Shown here: positions 10,896 to 22,571 of the stretch, in pieces
Position numbering within the stretch: position 1 is the first letter of the stretch
Layout of the letters: each line of letters begins with the position of its first letter
Source of the DNA: Octopus bimaculoides
Lineage: Eukaryota
DNA: 42,795 nucleotides
Direction: 5' to 3'
Assembly (NCBI RefSeq): GCF_001194135.2
Contig: NC_068989.1
Coordinates: forward strand, 19,062,492-19,105,286
Notes under the pieces: generated by a model
Database searches by the model: none
What the model was told of the DNA's origin: nothing
The model's input: the letters and a program-made list of their open reading frames with translations, nothing else
Made by a program: the position numbers and the translations under genes

Positions 10896-11095
10896 GATCA
10901 CTTCTTACATAGATACAAGACCAGAAATTTCGTGGGAAAGGAACAGTCGATTGTAAATTATCCACAATATTTGACTAGTACTTTATTTTATCGACCCACC
11001 AAGACAGGATTAATGACAAAGCTGACCTTGGTAGAATTTGAATTCAGAACGCGAAGAGTCGAAGATGTGATCACAAGGCATTTCATATGATGCTG
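10896..11095 (-). mobile_element. Degenerate SINE family A-related copy
   Basis: gaccttggtagaatttgaattcagaac matches the B-box region; otherwise divergent. Confidence 0.55.
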
Positions 11096-11513
11096 TAACG
11101 ATCCAGCCAATCATCCATCCTACCTACGTCGACGACGACGACGACAATGATGATGATGATGATGAACAGTCGATATGGTAGTTCTCGTAAGATCAAAAGA
11201 AGAGTTTGAGAAGATAAAAGAAAGATAAAAGGTGTGTGGGGGTGTGAGAGAGAGATATAGAAACTACAAGACAAACACCACCAACGATACAAAACTAAAA
11301 ATGAAATCTTTGTTTTATTTCATCATAACATAATCTGATTAGGAATAAATAAACTTGATAATTATGACCTAGACATATTTCTCTTAGATAATGATATTTA
11401 GTAACGGGGGTTCATTAAAAACTTCTGGTTATAATACCCGAAATCTACTTGCATAAATCAAGTAGATACCTCGATGGCTGTCCAAAGAGTAACTAACAAA
11501 CAACAAAATTAGT

Positions 11514-11652
11514 CATCTCTCTCTCTCTCTCTCTGTCCTTCTTTCTCTCTCTCTCTCTCTGTTTCTTTGACTTTCTTTTATGCTTTGTTTATTCGTTTCT
11601 TTTTCTTTTATCTTTTCAAGATTGACAATAGAATACACAAACAAAATACAGT

Positions 11653-11701
<49 letters not shown>

Positions 11702-11900
11702 TGTATATTTTCATCAGAAATTAGAGGCGTAAGTATACATGTATGGATACACACACATATACATCTCTGTATGTAAAAGATCTTGCATATGAATTTATAT
11801 AGACGTATAGATAGATGTATGTGTGTGTATATATATATATATATATATGCGCGTGTGTTTGTGTGAGTGTGTGTGTGTGTGTGCGTGTGAGTATGTATGT
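11514..11900. repeat. Microsatellite cluster: (CT)n 11514-11561, (CA)n 11657-11698, TA/TG 11810-11900
   Basis: Direct reading. Confidence 0.85.
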
Positions 11901-11932
11901 ATATATAATTATATATGTGCATGTATACCTGT

Positions 11933-11994
11933 AGGCACATGAGTAGCTGTATGGTAAGTAACTTGCTTACCATGGTTCCGGGTTCAGTCCCACT
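11933..11994 (+). mobile_element. SINE family B head fragment
   Basis: ggtaagtaacttgcttaccatggttccgggttcagtcccact. Confidence 0.7.
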
Positions 11995-12401
11995 AAACCT
12001 GGAACCATTATTAAGAATTAATTCAAACACTATGTAAAAATTGAAGAAAGATCTAATAACAGAAGCTCATTTATTCCTTCATTCTAAAAATGTCCCACCG
12101 AAGCCTTTTTCTACATATTAATAATAAGCAATTAAAATTTCCGAATCTTAAAATTCAAATTTCAAACGGAATAGAAGCGGTATTGCTGATCTAACGATAC
12201 TTCACGTCTGTTATCGTATAATTTGTACAGAAAAGAAAGGATTATGAAGAAAACAAGGAGTTCTTGGTGCATTAATAACGTAAAAAAAGAGAAATTATGA
12301 TTTTGAAAGTAAGTCAAAGACGAACGGCGAGGCTACATTAACGGATGAACCCAAAGTATGTGGAGATGGAGAAACAAAAGAACCAGACATTTATACTTTC
12401 T

Positions 12402-12555
12402 TTGTGTGGTAAGAAGTTTGCTTTCCAACCACATAGTTCCGGGTTCAGTTCCACTGAGTGACACTTCGGCAATATCTTATTCTGTAGCCTCGGCCCCCAC
12501 TAAAACCATGTGAGTGGATCTGGCAGACGGAAATTGAAATAAGACCGTCGTATAT
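12402..12555 (+). mobile_element. Degenerate SINE family B, 5' half
   Basis: tgtgtggtaagaagtttgctttccaaccacatagttccgggttcagttccact...gcagacggaaattgaaa. Confidence 0.7.
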
Positions 12556-12569
12556 AATAATAATATTAT

Positions 12570-12895
12570 CATCTTGTGTTTCTTTTGTTTCACTGGTTTT
12601 GAATACGAATTCGGTTATCAGACGCTGTGATTTTATTTTTGTTAGTTCTTTATATGATTCTTCATAACGTGCCATAATAATTTTCAAATCACATTGGAAT
12701 TGCTCAGCTCGTTCAATATCGTTATCATTTGTAAGAAAATGATTTCCAAGTTTATTTGGAGGCCTTCTAGAATTATATTTGCAGATAGTTTATAGTAGTG
12801 ATGATACATTCTCTGAAACACTCTCTACAATTTATTCTTCATTAGGAGCTTCGTCGATTGTAAATTCTGCAATGTCTTCAATTGTTAATTCTTCA
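12570..12895 (-). mobile_element. Tigger-like transposase C-terminal relic
   Basis: EGFEELTIEDIAEF...EGLQ...NDNDIERAEQFQCDLKIIMARYEESYKELTKIKSQRLITEF resembles the Tigger1-type C-terminus; contains stops. Confidence 0.55.
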
Positions 12896-13006
12896 AAACC
12901 TTCTCAGTCAATCTGACTGTGTTAAAGTAAAAAAAAAAATAGGGCAAAAAATAATCGGTTCTTTTTGTTGGACCGTGTTATTTCAAAACCGCGCAAAAAG
13001 AGAATT

Positions 13007-13063
<57 letters not shown>

Positions 13064-13217
13064 CACACATACAAAGATACACACACATACGTAAGTGTCG
13101 AACAATTGGAATGAGTGCTCAACATCGCATTGGCAGATAAAGATTCTTTATACATACATGCATACATATGTTTGGAAGCATGCATGTATATATGCATGTA
13201 TGTATGTATGTATGTAT

Positions 13218-13251
<34 letters not shown>
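13007..13251. repeat. (TG)n 13007-13060 and TATG/(TAGA)n 13190-13251
   Basis: Direct reading. Confidence 0.85.
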
Positions 13252-14010
13252 TGGAGGTGTGTGTATGTTCTTCAGGTTTATCTTAAGAATTTCTCACCGA
13301 CGGAGAAAGAACCAGTTTCTACTTCAGAAGCGAGGTTGTTACATTGACATTTCGGTAACACCAATTAGGTAAACACGTGGGTATGTATCTGCATACGCAT
13401 ATATATATATGTCTGTGCATGCGTGTATGTTATCATACATGCAGATGTATATGCTTATACATATTACGTGTATGTATACACATGCTGGTATGTAAATACG
13501 TGGTAATACTTACTACAAGTTACTAATATTTACTACAGGTTAAATATCTGTAATGTTACACATATTTTTACAGTTTCATTTTCCTCTGATTTTATTTTTA
13601 AACATTTCTCACCGACTTCGCCTGTTTTCAAGAATGTCGTTTCATTAGAATTTACTCATCAACTAATTATTCATGTAGTTGCTTCCTCTTATGTTCAATA
13701 ATTGTCGTTTGATGGCGTAATTTTTTGTCGTGAAATAATTTAGTTTTGATGAAGTTCGTTCCGACTATATTTTCATTTTATTAAATGTAGCTTACATAAC
13801 GGGTTCTTTTACTTCTTTATTTTTTACTATCTTAATAGGAATTGCATAAGGTATTTTTCAGTTCACAACTCCAATAGAGAATAAGTACACCCTCACTTCT
13901 CTGACCACTAGAGAATTACAGGAAATAGGTATATTTAAATCAAACACTGACTTAGCTTTAATAGATTGGCTAATTTATATACCATACGTTTGTTGGTGGC
14001 ATTATTAATG

Positions 14011-14246
14011 AAGGCGGCGAGCTGGCAGAAACGTTAGCACGCCGGGCGAAATGCTTAGCGGTATTTCGTCTGCCGTTATGTTCTGAGTTCAAATTCCGCC
14101 GAGGTTGACTTTGCCTTTCATCCTTTCGGGGTCGATAAATTAAGTACCAGTTACGCACTGGAGTCGATGTAATCGACTTAATCCCTCTCTCTGTCCTTGT
14201 TTGTCCCCTCTATGTTTAGCTCCTTGTGGGCAATAAATAAATAAAA
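14011..14246 (+). mobile_element. SINE family A (tail A1), full length
   Basis: Near-consensus copy. Confidence 0.92.
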
Positions 14247-14470
14247 AAACGTTAGCACGCTGGGCGAATTGCTTAGCGGTATTTCGTCTGCCGTTACGTT
14301 CTGAGTTCAAATTCCGTCGAGGTCGACTTTGCCTTTCATCCTTTCGGGGTCGATAAATTAAGTACTAATTACGCACTGGGGTCGATGTAATCGACTTAAT
14401 CCGTTTGTCTGTCCTTGTTTGTCCCCTCTGTGTGTAGCCCCTTGTGGGCAATAAAGACATAAGATAAGAA
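14247..14470 (+). mobile_element. SINE family A (tail A1), tandem second copy lacking the first ~18 nt
   Basis: Begins aaacgttagcacgc directly after the A-tail of the first copy. Confidence 0.9.
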
Positions 14471-14591
14471 TTTACCAAAAATTGGTATCTCGTTCTCACC
14501 GTTACTCTCATTCACAAAACGTGGAATGTGTGTGTATGTGTGCATGTATATGTATGTATGTGTGTGTATGTGCGCGCATGTATGTGTGTGC

Positions 14592-14626
<35 letters not shown>

Positions 14627-14670
14627 CATACATACATACATACATACATACACACACACATATGTAAGTT

Positions 14671-14795
14671 TATAGTGTTTCACGTTGGATAATTGGTAAT
14701 CCGACGATTATCTAAGAACTACGCCCTTCGAAAATGGCAGGTATTAGATAATCGTCCGATTACCTAATATCCGGAGCTGATTTTTAACGTGGAAC
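14671..14795. mobile_element. Small palindromic element, possibly a Tigger/pogo-derived MITE
   Basis: ggtaatccgacgattatctaa (14695-14715) pairs with ttagataatcgtccgattacc (14744-14764), 1 mismatch; outer cacgtt/aacgtg also pair. Confidence 0.45.
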
Positions 14796-14889
14796 TTAGC
14801 TGATAGGCTTCAATACTGCAGCAATTCTGAAATATGAGTTACACAGAGATTAGGATTGTTGCATGAAGGGCTTAAGATACAAATCCTGA

Positions 14890-15110
14890 AATCGCTCAGA
14901 ACGTTAGCTTAGTTTTTCCTTGGAGATGGCCAGATTGGAGTAATATCGAGAATAACCAGCCGAAATTGCAAGGATAATCTGGATCTCGACCGAGGAAAGA
15001 AAACTCCGAATGACCTGTCCTTGTTTTCTTTGTATCGTCTATCTGGATGTTTTGTCCCTTTCTTGTATCACCTAACTGTCTGGATGTTTTGCGTTCTTGT
15101 CCCATTCTAT
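14890..15110. repeat. Unclassified interspersed repeat, possibly a Penelope-like terminus
   Basis: Internal repetition of ctggatgttttg; classification rests only on memory of similar octopus repeats. Confidence 0.3.
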
Positions 15111-15112
15111 AT

Positions 15113-15177
<65 letters not shown>

Positions 15178-15207
15178 ATATATATGTAAAACATATGTAC
15201 ACATATG

Positions 15208-16385
15208 CTCTTTTACTCGTTTCAGCCATATGGCTGCAGTTATGCTGGAGCACCACCGTAGTCTTTCTGATTTCCTCAATCTGGGGTGTTTCACATCACC
15301 AGTCCTGTATGTGCCTTTGTCCCAACTGTTGGCCCATTTGGGGGTATAATGGAGTTTCATTCCGCTGCCCTCGTCTACACCTCATGTCGAGGTTGTTGGT
15401 TCATCCGGTATTGTGAAGAGGAGGATGTCTAGTTTCTTTGTGAAGACATTTACTTCCACCTTCTGCAGATTTCTTAAGTTTTGTGGCAGGACATTGAAGA
15501 GCTGTGGACCTTCGAACCTTAAGCTATTGCAGTACCTGGTCCTGAATTTAGATGGAGTAGATGGAACCTTTGGTACAATACAATGGCGGCCAGTTCTGGC
15601 ATTTGTATAACACTCAACGCCTAAATTAGGTACTAGCCCTGCTAGAGTTTTCCATATGTAGAATATTACATATCTGTCATGCCTTCGTTCTAGGGAGTAA
15701 AGTTGCAGGTTTCTCAGCCTATTCCAATAGCTCATCCGCTGCACTGTTTCAATCTTTTTAGTGTAGTGGTGTTAGGTTGCTTCAAGCTCCGCTGTTAGTC
15801 TGGCACTATGTGGTGACCATAACTGGGATGAATAGTCCAGACGGATGAGAACAAAAGTTCTCCACAGGGGCAACATAGTTTCTTGGTCTTTTCTTAAAGG
15901 ACCTCCGTTTCCCACCTGCCAGTTGTCTACACTTTGCTGCCATCTTGGTAGTGTGCATATAAAACGATGCATAATTATACATACTGATCCCCAAGTCTTT
16001 CACTACTTGTGACTCTGGGAATGTAGTGCCTTCGAGTCCTGTATATGCAGGCTGTAGTGCATTCGTGAGTTGATAGTGAAGTGCTTGAAAAATTTTTCAG
16101 CATTAAACTGCATGTTGTTTATTTCAGCCCACTTGTATATCGAACTCAGATCCCGCTGTAAACTTGCGACATCATCTTGATTCTTTATTGCCTGTGATAA
16201 TTTTGTATCATCGGCATAGCTACTGACAGTAGCTGTCCGAGTGACCTTGGGCTTGTCTAAGAGGGCTATTATGAACTGTAATGGCCACAGAACAGTTCAC
16301 TGGGGGACGCTACTAAGGATTTGAGTTTCCTCGGAAAGGGCACCATTGGCTGCAACTACCTGACTTCTGTCTTTAAGGAAATCAT
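15208..16385 (-). mobile_element. CR1/L2-type LINE, 5'-truncated: RT domain, C-terminus, 3' UTR and tail
   Basis: FLKDRSQVVAANG..., degenerate VPQGTVL, SSYADDTKL (about 16205-16225), KDLGI, RLDYSSQLWSP, LQLYSLERRHDRY; stop at 15382; frameshifted. Confidence 0.9.
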
Positions 16386-16487
16386 GCATCCACTCTCATA
16401 CATACATACATGCATACATACATACATACATACATGCATACATACATACATGCATGCATGCATGCATACATACATATATATATATTT

Positions 16488-16577
16488 TATTCTTTTACTT
16501 GTTTCAGTCATTTGGCTGCGGCCAGCCATGCTAGAGCATCGCCTTTAGTCGAACAAATCGAACCATGACTTATTCTT
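16488..16577 (-). mobile_element. SINE family B 3' end, runs into gap
   Basis: ttttacttgtttcagtcatttggctgcggcc. Confidence 0.8.
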
Positions 16578-17233
16578 NNNNNNNNNNNNNNNNNNNNNNN
16601 NNNNNNNNNNNNNNNNNNNNNNNNNNNNNNNNNNNNNNNNNNNNNNNNNNNNNNNNNNNNNNNNNNNNNNNNNNNNNNNNNNNNNNNNNNNNNNNNNNNN
16701 NNNNNNNNNNNNNNNNNNNNNNNNNNNNNNNNNNNNNNNNNNNNNNNNNNNNNNNNNNNNNNNNNNNNNNNNNNNNNNNNNNNNNNNNNNNNNNNNNNNN
16801 NNNNNNNNNNNNNNNNNNNNNNNNNNNNNCTCTCTCGCTCTCTCTATATGTATGTATGTATGTCACGCTGTATGAATTTTTGAAATAAAAAGATATTATC
16901 ATACACCAATTAATTCAGACTAGCGTGCTCATCAGGGGTTTTATTTCTGTACCAACCAAGACAAGGTTACTAGTCTGATTATATTAGTGTATAACAAAGA
17001 GGGTGTGCATGCGCGCGCGCACTCAATCACTCACACACACACACACATACACACACATACACACACACACACACACGCGCACACACGTTTAAAACAGATA
17101 TTTTATTGTCCAAGACAACGCTTTTATCCTGCTGAGTCGGCGCCGATCAGAACTTCTGCCGTTTCATATTGGATAGAGATATTAATAAATGATATTGAAG
17201 TAAAGATATATCTTTGATGCCATGTAAATAAAG

Positions 17234-17274
<41 letters not shown>

Positions 17275-17460
17275 GGTGGCAGTGGTGGTGGTAGTGGAAG
17301 TAGTGGCAGTGGTGGTGATGGTGGTGGTGGTGGTGGTCATAATGGTGGTGGTGGTAGTAGTCGTAGTGGTAGTGGCAGTGGTGTTGTTGTTGTTGTTGGT
17401 GGTGGTAATAGTAGTAGTAGTGGCAGTGGCGGTAGTAGTAGTAGTAGTAGTAGTAGTAGT
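17234..17460. repeat. Compound (GTA)n/(GTG)n/(GTT)n trinucleotide repeat next to a gap
   Basis: Direct reading. Confidence 0.9.
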
Positions 17461-18140
17461 NNNNNNNNNNNNNNNNNNNNNNNNNNNNNNNNNNNNNNNN
17501 NNNNNNNNNNNNNNNNNNNNNNNNNNNNNNNNNNNNNNNNNNNNNNNNNNNNNNNNNNNNNNNNNNNNNNNNNNNNNNNNNNNNNNNNNNNNNNNNNNNN
17601 NNNNNNNNNNNNNNNNNNNNNNNNNNNNNNNNNNNNNNNNNNNNNNNNNNNNNNNNNNNNNNNNNNNNNNNNNNNNNNNNNNNNNNNNNNNNNNNNNNNN
17701 NNNNNNNNNNNNNNNNNNNNNNNNNNNNNNNNNNNNNNNNNNNNNNNNNNNNNNNNNNNNNNNNNNNNNNNNNNNNNNNNNNNNNNNNNNNNNNNNNNNN
17801 NNNNNNNNNNNNNNNNNNNNNNNNNNNNNNNNNNNNNNNNNNNNNNNNNNNNNNNNNNNNNNNNNNNNNNNNNNNNNNNNNNNNNNNNNNNNNNNNNNNN
17901 NNNNNNNNNNNNNNNNNNNNNNNNNNNNNNNNNNNNNNNNNNNNNNNNNNNNNNNNNNNNNNNNNNNNNNNNNNNNNNNNNNNNNNNNNNNNNNNNNNNN
18001 NNNNNNNNNNNNNNNNNNNNNNNNNNNNNNNNNNNNNNNNNNNNNNNNNNNNNNNNNNNNNNNNNNNNNNNNNNNNNNNNNNNNNNNNNNNNNNNNNNNN
18101 NNNNNNNNNNNNNNNNNNNNNNNNNNNNNNNNNNNNNNNN

Positions 18141-18456
18141 GAAATTAACGTGCAAGTGGCTGAGTACTCCACAAACACGTGTACCCTTAACGTAGTTCTC
18201 GGGGATATTCAGCGTGTCACAGTGTGACAAGGCTGGCCCTTTGAATTACAGGCACAACAGAAACAGGAAGAAAGAGTGAGAGAAAGTTGTGGTGAAAGAG
18301 TACAGCAGGGTTCGCCACCATCCCCTGCCGGAGCCTCGTGGAGCTTTAGGTGTTTGCGCTCAATAAACACTCACAACGCCCGCGGTCTGGGAATCGAAAC
18401 CGCGATGCTATGACCGCGAGTCCGCTGTCCTAACCACTGGGTCATTGCGCCTCCAC
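18141..18456 (-). mobile_element. SINE family C with intact tRNA head and alternative tail; 3' end lost in gap
   Basis: Minus strand gtggaggcgcaatgacccagtggttagg (A box)...ggtttcgattccc (B box); body shared with 5476-5745. Confidence 0.85.
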
Positions 18457-18715
18457 TTCACCTTATATTAGAAGCACCTCAAAATGGTAAATGGGAAAAT
18501 CCAACGGGTTTTAAACATATTTTGCCCATAAAACAAAGAACATATAGAGTAATCAAGCATCGTTCATTGATGAATTCGAATAATCATTACTTTTGCAATG
18601 AAAACATACATATTAGACGCTGTCCAGCAGCGTCGGGTTGGAATGAAAAATAAGTAATTTTCTTTTCTTTTATATATGATGGGGCAGCATAAAAAAAAAA
18701 AGGATGTGTTTATTA

Positions 18716-18795
18716 TCACTTGAACCATCTGAGATGTTGGAACCTTTAATTATGTGTCACTTGAACCATCTGAGATGATGGAACCTTTAATTATG
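18716..18795. repeat. 41-bp tandem duplication
   Basis: tcacttgaaccatctgagatg(t/a)tggaacctttaattatg twice, 1 mismatch. Confidence 0.9.
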
Positions 18796-18799
18796 ACTA

Positions 18800-19110
18800 G
18801 GTAACCGTTTTAGGGTTTAGTCCCAAGATTTTGTTAATCGTCACTTCAGCAGTTAAATTACACGTTGCTTCCGGATCGATGATAAATGATTTCATTATTC
18901 CATCAACTTTTATTTGCTGTTGTGCTAATTGATCGTTACCTTTAGCTTCAAAAATGAATTTTCATCGTAACTGACCAACACTTCTTTTCCATGTAACGCA
19001 TTACAATTGTTCCTCTTCACGCTAGCCTGAGTGAGAGTGTCACAAAAGTTGCGAAATTGATTTCTTTGGTTTGCCTACTCCCAGCACATTCCCTCTTTTG
19101 CCGGATATTT
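18800..19110 (-). mobile_element. Possible very old Gypsy gag-protease relic
   Basis: KYPAKEGMCWE...NQFRNFC (degenerate knuckle) and VDGIMKSFIIDPEATCNL (compare IDSGATCNL). Confidence 0.35.
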
Positions 19111-19134
19111 AAAATCAGAAACTAAATGAGATCT

Positions 19135-19355
19135 AAAGGCGGCGAGCTGGCAGAAACGATAGTACGCCAAAGATGCTTAGCGGCATTTCGTCTGCTGCTA
19201 CTTTCTGAGTTCAAATTCCGCCGAGGTCGACTTTGCCTTTCATCCTTTCGGGGTCGATAAATTAAGTACCAGTTATGCACTGGGATCGATGTAATCGACT
19301 TAATCCCTTTCTCTGTCCTTGTTTGTCCCCTCTATGTTTAGCCCCTTGTGGGCTA
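19135..19355 (+). mobile_element. SINE family A (tail A1)
   Basis: Exact 18-bp TSD agaaactaaatgagatct at 19117-19134 and 19356-19373. Confidence 0.93.
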
Positions 19356-21034
19356 AGAAACTAAATGAGATCTCAACTTATATCTATAATGGAAGTTTAA
19401 AAAAAAATTTCTATATAAACTTGTCTGGTCAACATTATTTAACCAAATTTATATTATCTTCGCCATTCATGTTAAGCAGACATTTATCTATGTCCTCGTA
19501 TCGGCACTAATACTAACAATATTTTAACTGTGATGTAGAGTGGCTGCGATAATCTTATTCTCATGGTGGGATTTGACTTCTTACTGTATTGATCTGCTTT
19601 TGCGATGTCAGCATCAGACTTATCTAAATCTTACTTTTGCATTTGTTTTTAGACAAATTCAAGGGTTAATTAATTAGAAGGTTACAAGTAGGGATTTTTT
19701 AAAAAATAAAATAGACCAGAACATACTCCCGTCGTACTTCAAATCTTTTTTCTCCCCCCCCCCCGCAAGACACGACGTCAGAAAGTCTTTTATATTAACG
19801 AAGGTTTTTGTTTTTCTTTTTAACATTTAGTGTATGATAAATTTCAGAAAGGCCTTCGCCTTAGCCTTATGTTCATTATAGTATAGCTCGTTTTCTACTG
19901 TCATCTGCTGCTTTATCAAAAATATATTTCTAGTGTATTCAATGATTTCTCCTAATTTTGTACCATTGCAGTTTTTGAAGTTTTGATGCTAAATGCTGAG
20001 ATGGAGGAGGGGAATATCTTTCTTCATCATTATATCTCGTTCTTACAGTTAATTAATTTACTGAAATACAAAGTTAAACTGAAATAGTTTCACCTTTAAT
20101 AACGTTTCCTTTGAAGTATTGATTTGGACATATATACCATTAAAGGATAGTAACTTTTAAACTCCTTATAAGGACAAAACAAAAACTCTTAACAAATTTG
20201 ACATCATCAACCTCACCCTGGTCAACGTCAAAATCAAATCCGCCATCGCAGGCCCCAAATTCTTTATCGTTAGATTCAATTATGTTGTCGTCTGTTTCGA
20301 TTTCGTATCGTTAATTTGATTTCGTTATCGTCACCTTAAATGCCACCAAGTATGGTGCGATTATTTTATAAACATAGGTATCAGTGATTACTTGCGGCTG
20401 AATTGTAGAAGAATGTAAACTTTGAAAAGCTTTGTATAAAAATTATCACACCTAATATCACCAATAAAATACATACATTTTGTACATCGGACGTACGGAA
20501 AATTGGAGTCTATACTTTATAGATATCACGACAAAGACAAAAATAAATATCTTTTAAACTTTTTATTTATTATTCCCGTTTCTTAACTCTCAAAATTTCC
20601 CCCTTCGCTCCCATCCCAAATTCTACACAATCATCTTCGGTGATCAAAGTCAGCGCAGTGTCGAACTCATCAAAATGCTTCGGTTCATATCACACTTCCT
20701 CTTACTAAACATTTTCAAAGAGTAGAACATATTTATGGCCTAGGTAATTTGCATAAATGAAACAAAAATGATAGAAGAAACAGTTCAGATGCATACATAA
20801 AATCATACATAAAAATTTACGGAGAAATTGCAAAAAAAAAATGAGCTATACTTATTTTGAAATGAACATTGGTGAAAGACTGCTTACAATTTAATGCATA
20901 CTTAGAGATATATCTACACGAAGACATATATGCGCATGCTTACACACGCGTGCGCGCTATAGAAGTGAGGCTCACAGGTAAGGTGGGGTTATTGTACGGT
21001 CTCTTCCCCGGGCGACGCTTTTATGGGATCAGTA

Positions 21035-21138
21035 GTAAATATTTAATCGATACAGCTACTTCGCCCCCTTTTATGTTTGTCTGTCCTTGTTCGTCCCCAC
21101 TTTGTAATGCCTTTATAGCAAATATTTATGAAATAAAG
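21035..21138 (+). repeat. Orphan retroposon 3' end related to the SINE A1 tail
   Basis: About 104 bp, repeated in reverse at 25592-25694; contains tttgtctgtccttgttcgtcccc. Confidence 0.7.
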
Positions 21139-21510
21139 TAGCTTGCTTACCAACCACATAACTCCGGGTTCAGTTCCACTGCGTGGCATCTTAGGCAAGT
21201 GTCTTCTACTATAGCCTCCGGCCGACCAAAGCCTTGTAAATGGATTTGGTAGACGGAAACTGAAAGAAGCCCGTCGTATATATGTATATGTATATATATG
21301 TGTATGTGTTTGTGTGTCTGTTTGTCCCACCAACATCGCTTGACAACCGATGCTGGTGTGTTTACGTCCCCGTAACTTAGTGGTTCGGCAAAAGAGACCG
21401 ATAGAATAAGTACTAGGCTTACAAAGAATAAGTCCTGGGGGCGATTTGCTCGACAAAAGGCGGTGCTCCAGCATGGCCGCAGTCAAATGACTGAAACAAG
21501 TAAAAGAGTA
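21139..21510 (+). mobile_element. SINE family B, 5'-truncated
   Basis: Near-consensus from tagcttgcttacc to gaaacaagtaaaagag. Confidence 0.9.
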
Positions 21511-21565
21511 TATAAGAACACATGCACATGTCTAGAGATGCAACTCTCTGTATATCTTCTATCTC

Positions 21566-21932
21566 ATACTTGTTTCAGTCATTTGATTGCGGTCATGCTG
21601 TGGCACTGTCTTGAAGAATTCATAGTTGAATGACTCCACCCCGGTACTTTTTTTAAAGATTGGAACTTATTCGGTCGCTTTTGCCGAACGGCTAAGTCAC
21701 GGGACGTAAACACATCAACACTGGTTGTTAAGCGGTGGCGGAAGACAAACACACACACACACACACACACACACATACGCTTACGACGGACTTTTTCCGG
21801 TTTCCGTTAATCAAATTCGCTTACCAGGCTTTGGTCGACCCGAAGCTATAGTTGAAGACACTTGCCCAAGGTGTCACCCAGAACCATGTGATTGGGAAGC
21901 AAGCGACTTACTACATAGCCATGCCTGCGCCC
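21566..21932 (-). mobile_element. SINE family B, older subfamily
   Basis: Divergent reverse copy with internal (CA)n. Confidence 0.8.
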
Positions 21933-21934
21933 AA

Positions 21935-22120
21935 ACACGACCTGAAATGTTGTTGAGAGGGGGAGGGCTAATCGATTATATTGACCCCAGAGTTTGACTG
22001 GTACTTAATTCACCGACCTCGAAAGGCGAAGTCGACATTGGTGGAATTTGAACTCAGATGTATGAAATGCCGCTAAGCATTTTGTCCGGCATGCTAACGA
22101 TTTTGCCAGCTCGCCGCCTT
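21935..22120 (-). mobile_element. SINE family A (tail A2-like)
   Basis: gccagctcgccgcctt head; ggaatttgaactcag core. Confidence 0.8.
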
Positions 22121-22173
22121 TTAGAATTAGATAATAGCACGCGCGCAACAGACAGNNNNNNNNNNACCACCGC

Positions 22174-22214
<41 letters not shown>

Positions 22215-22535
22215 CGCTTAAGTATATCCTGAGACATTAACACCATGATTGTGCCATCGAAAGATAAAGAGGCCAAGGCTCGTTCACTTAGTAATATGAC
22301 ATACCGACTAGATAAAAAGTTATCAAGGAAGAAAATCTATTTGTATGTATGCACGTACATATGTACGCACTTGCACATCTAAGTACGCACGTACGTAGTT
22401 CGTACATATGCACGTATGCATGTTTTCTTGGCTTTATTTTTTTGGGATTTCTCGTCAATTTGAGAAAGAGTGGTTTCAAGCCTCGGGAACAGGGGTCTTC
22501 CGTTGGTTTTAAACAACATTAACGTAGTAGTCATG

Positions 22536-22571
<36 letters not shown>

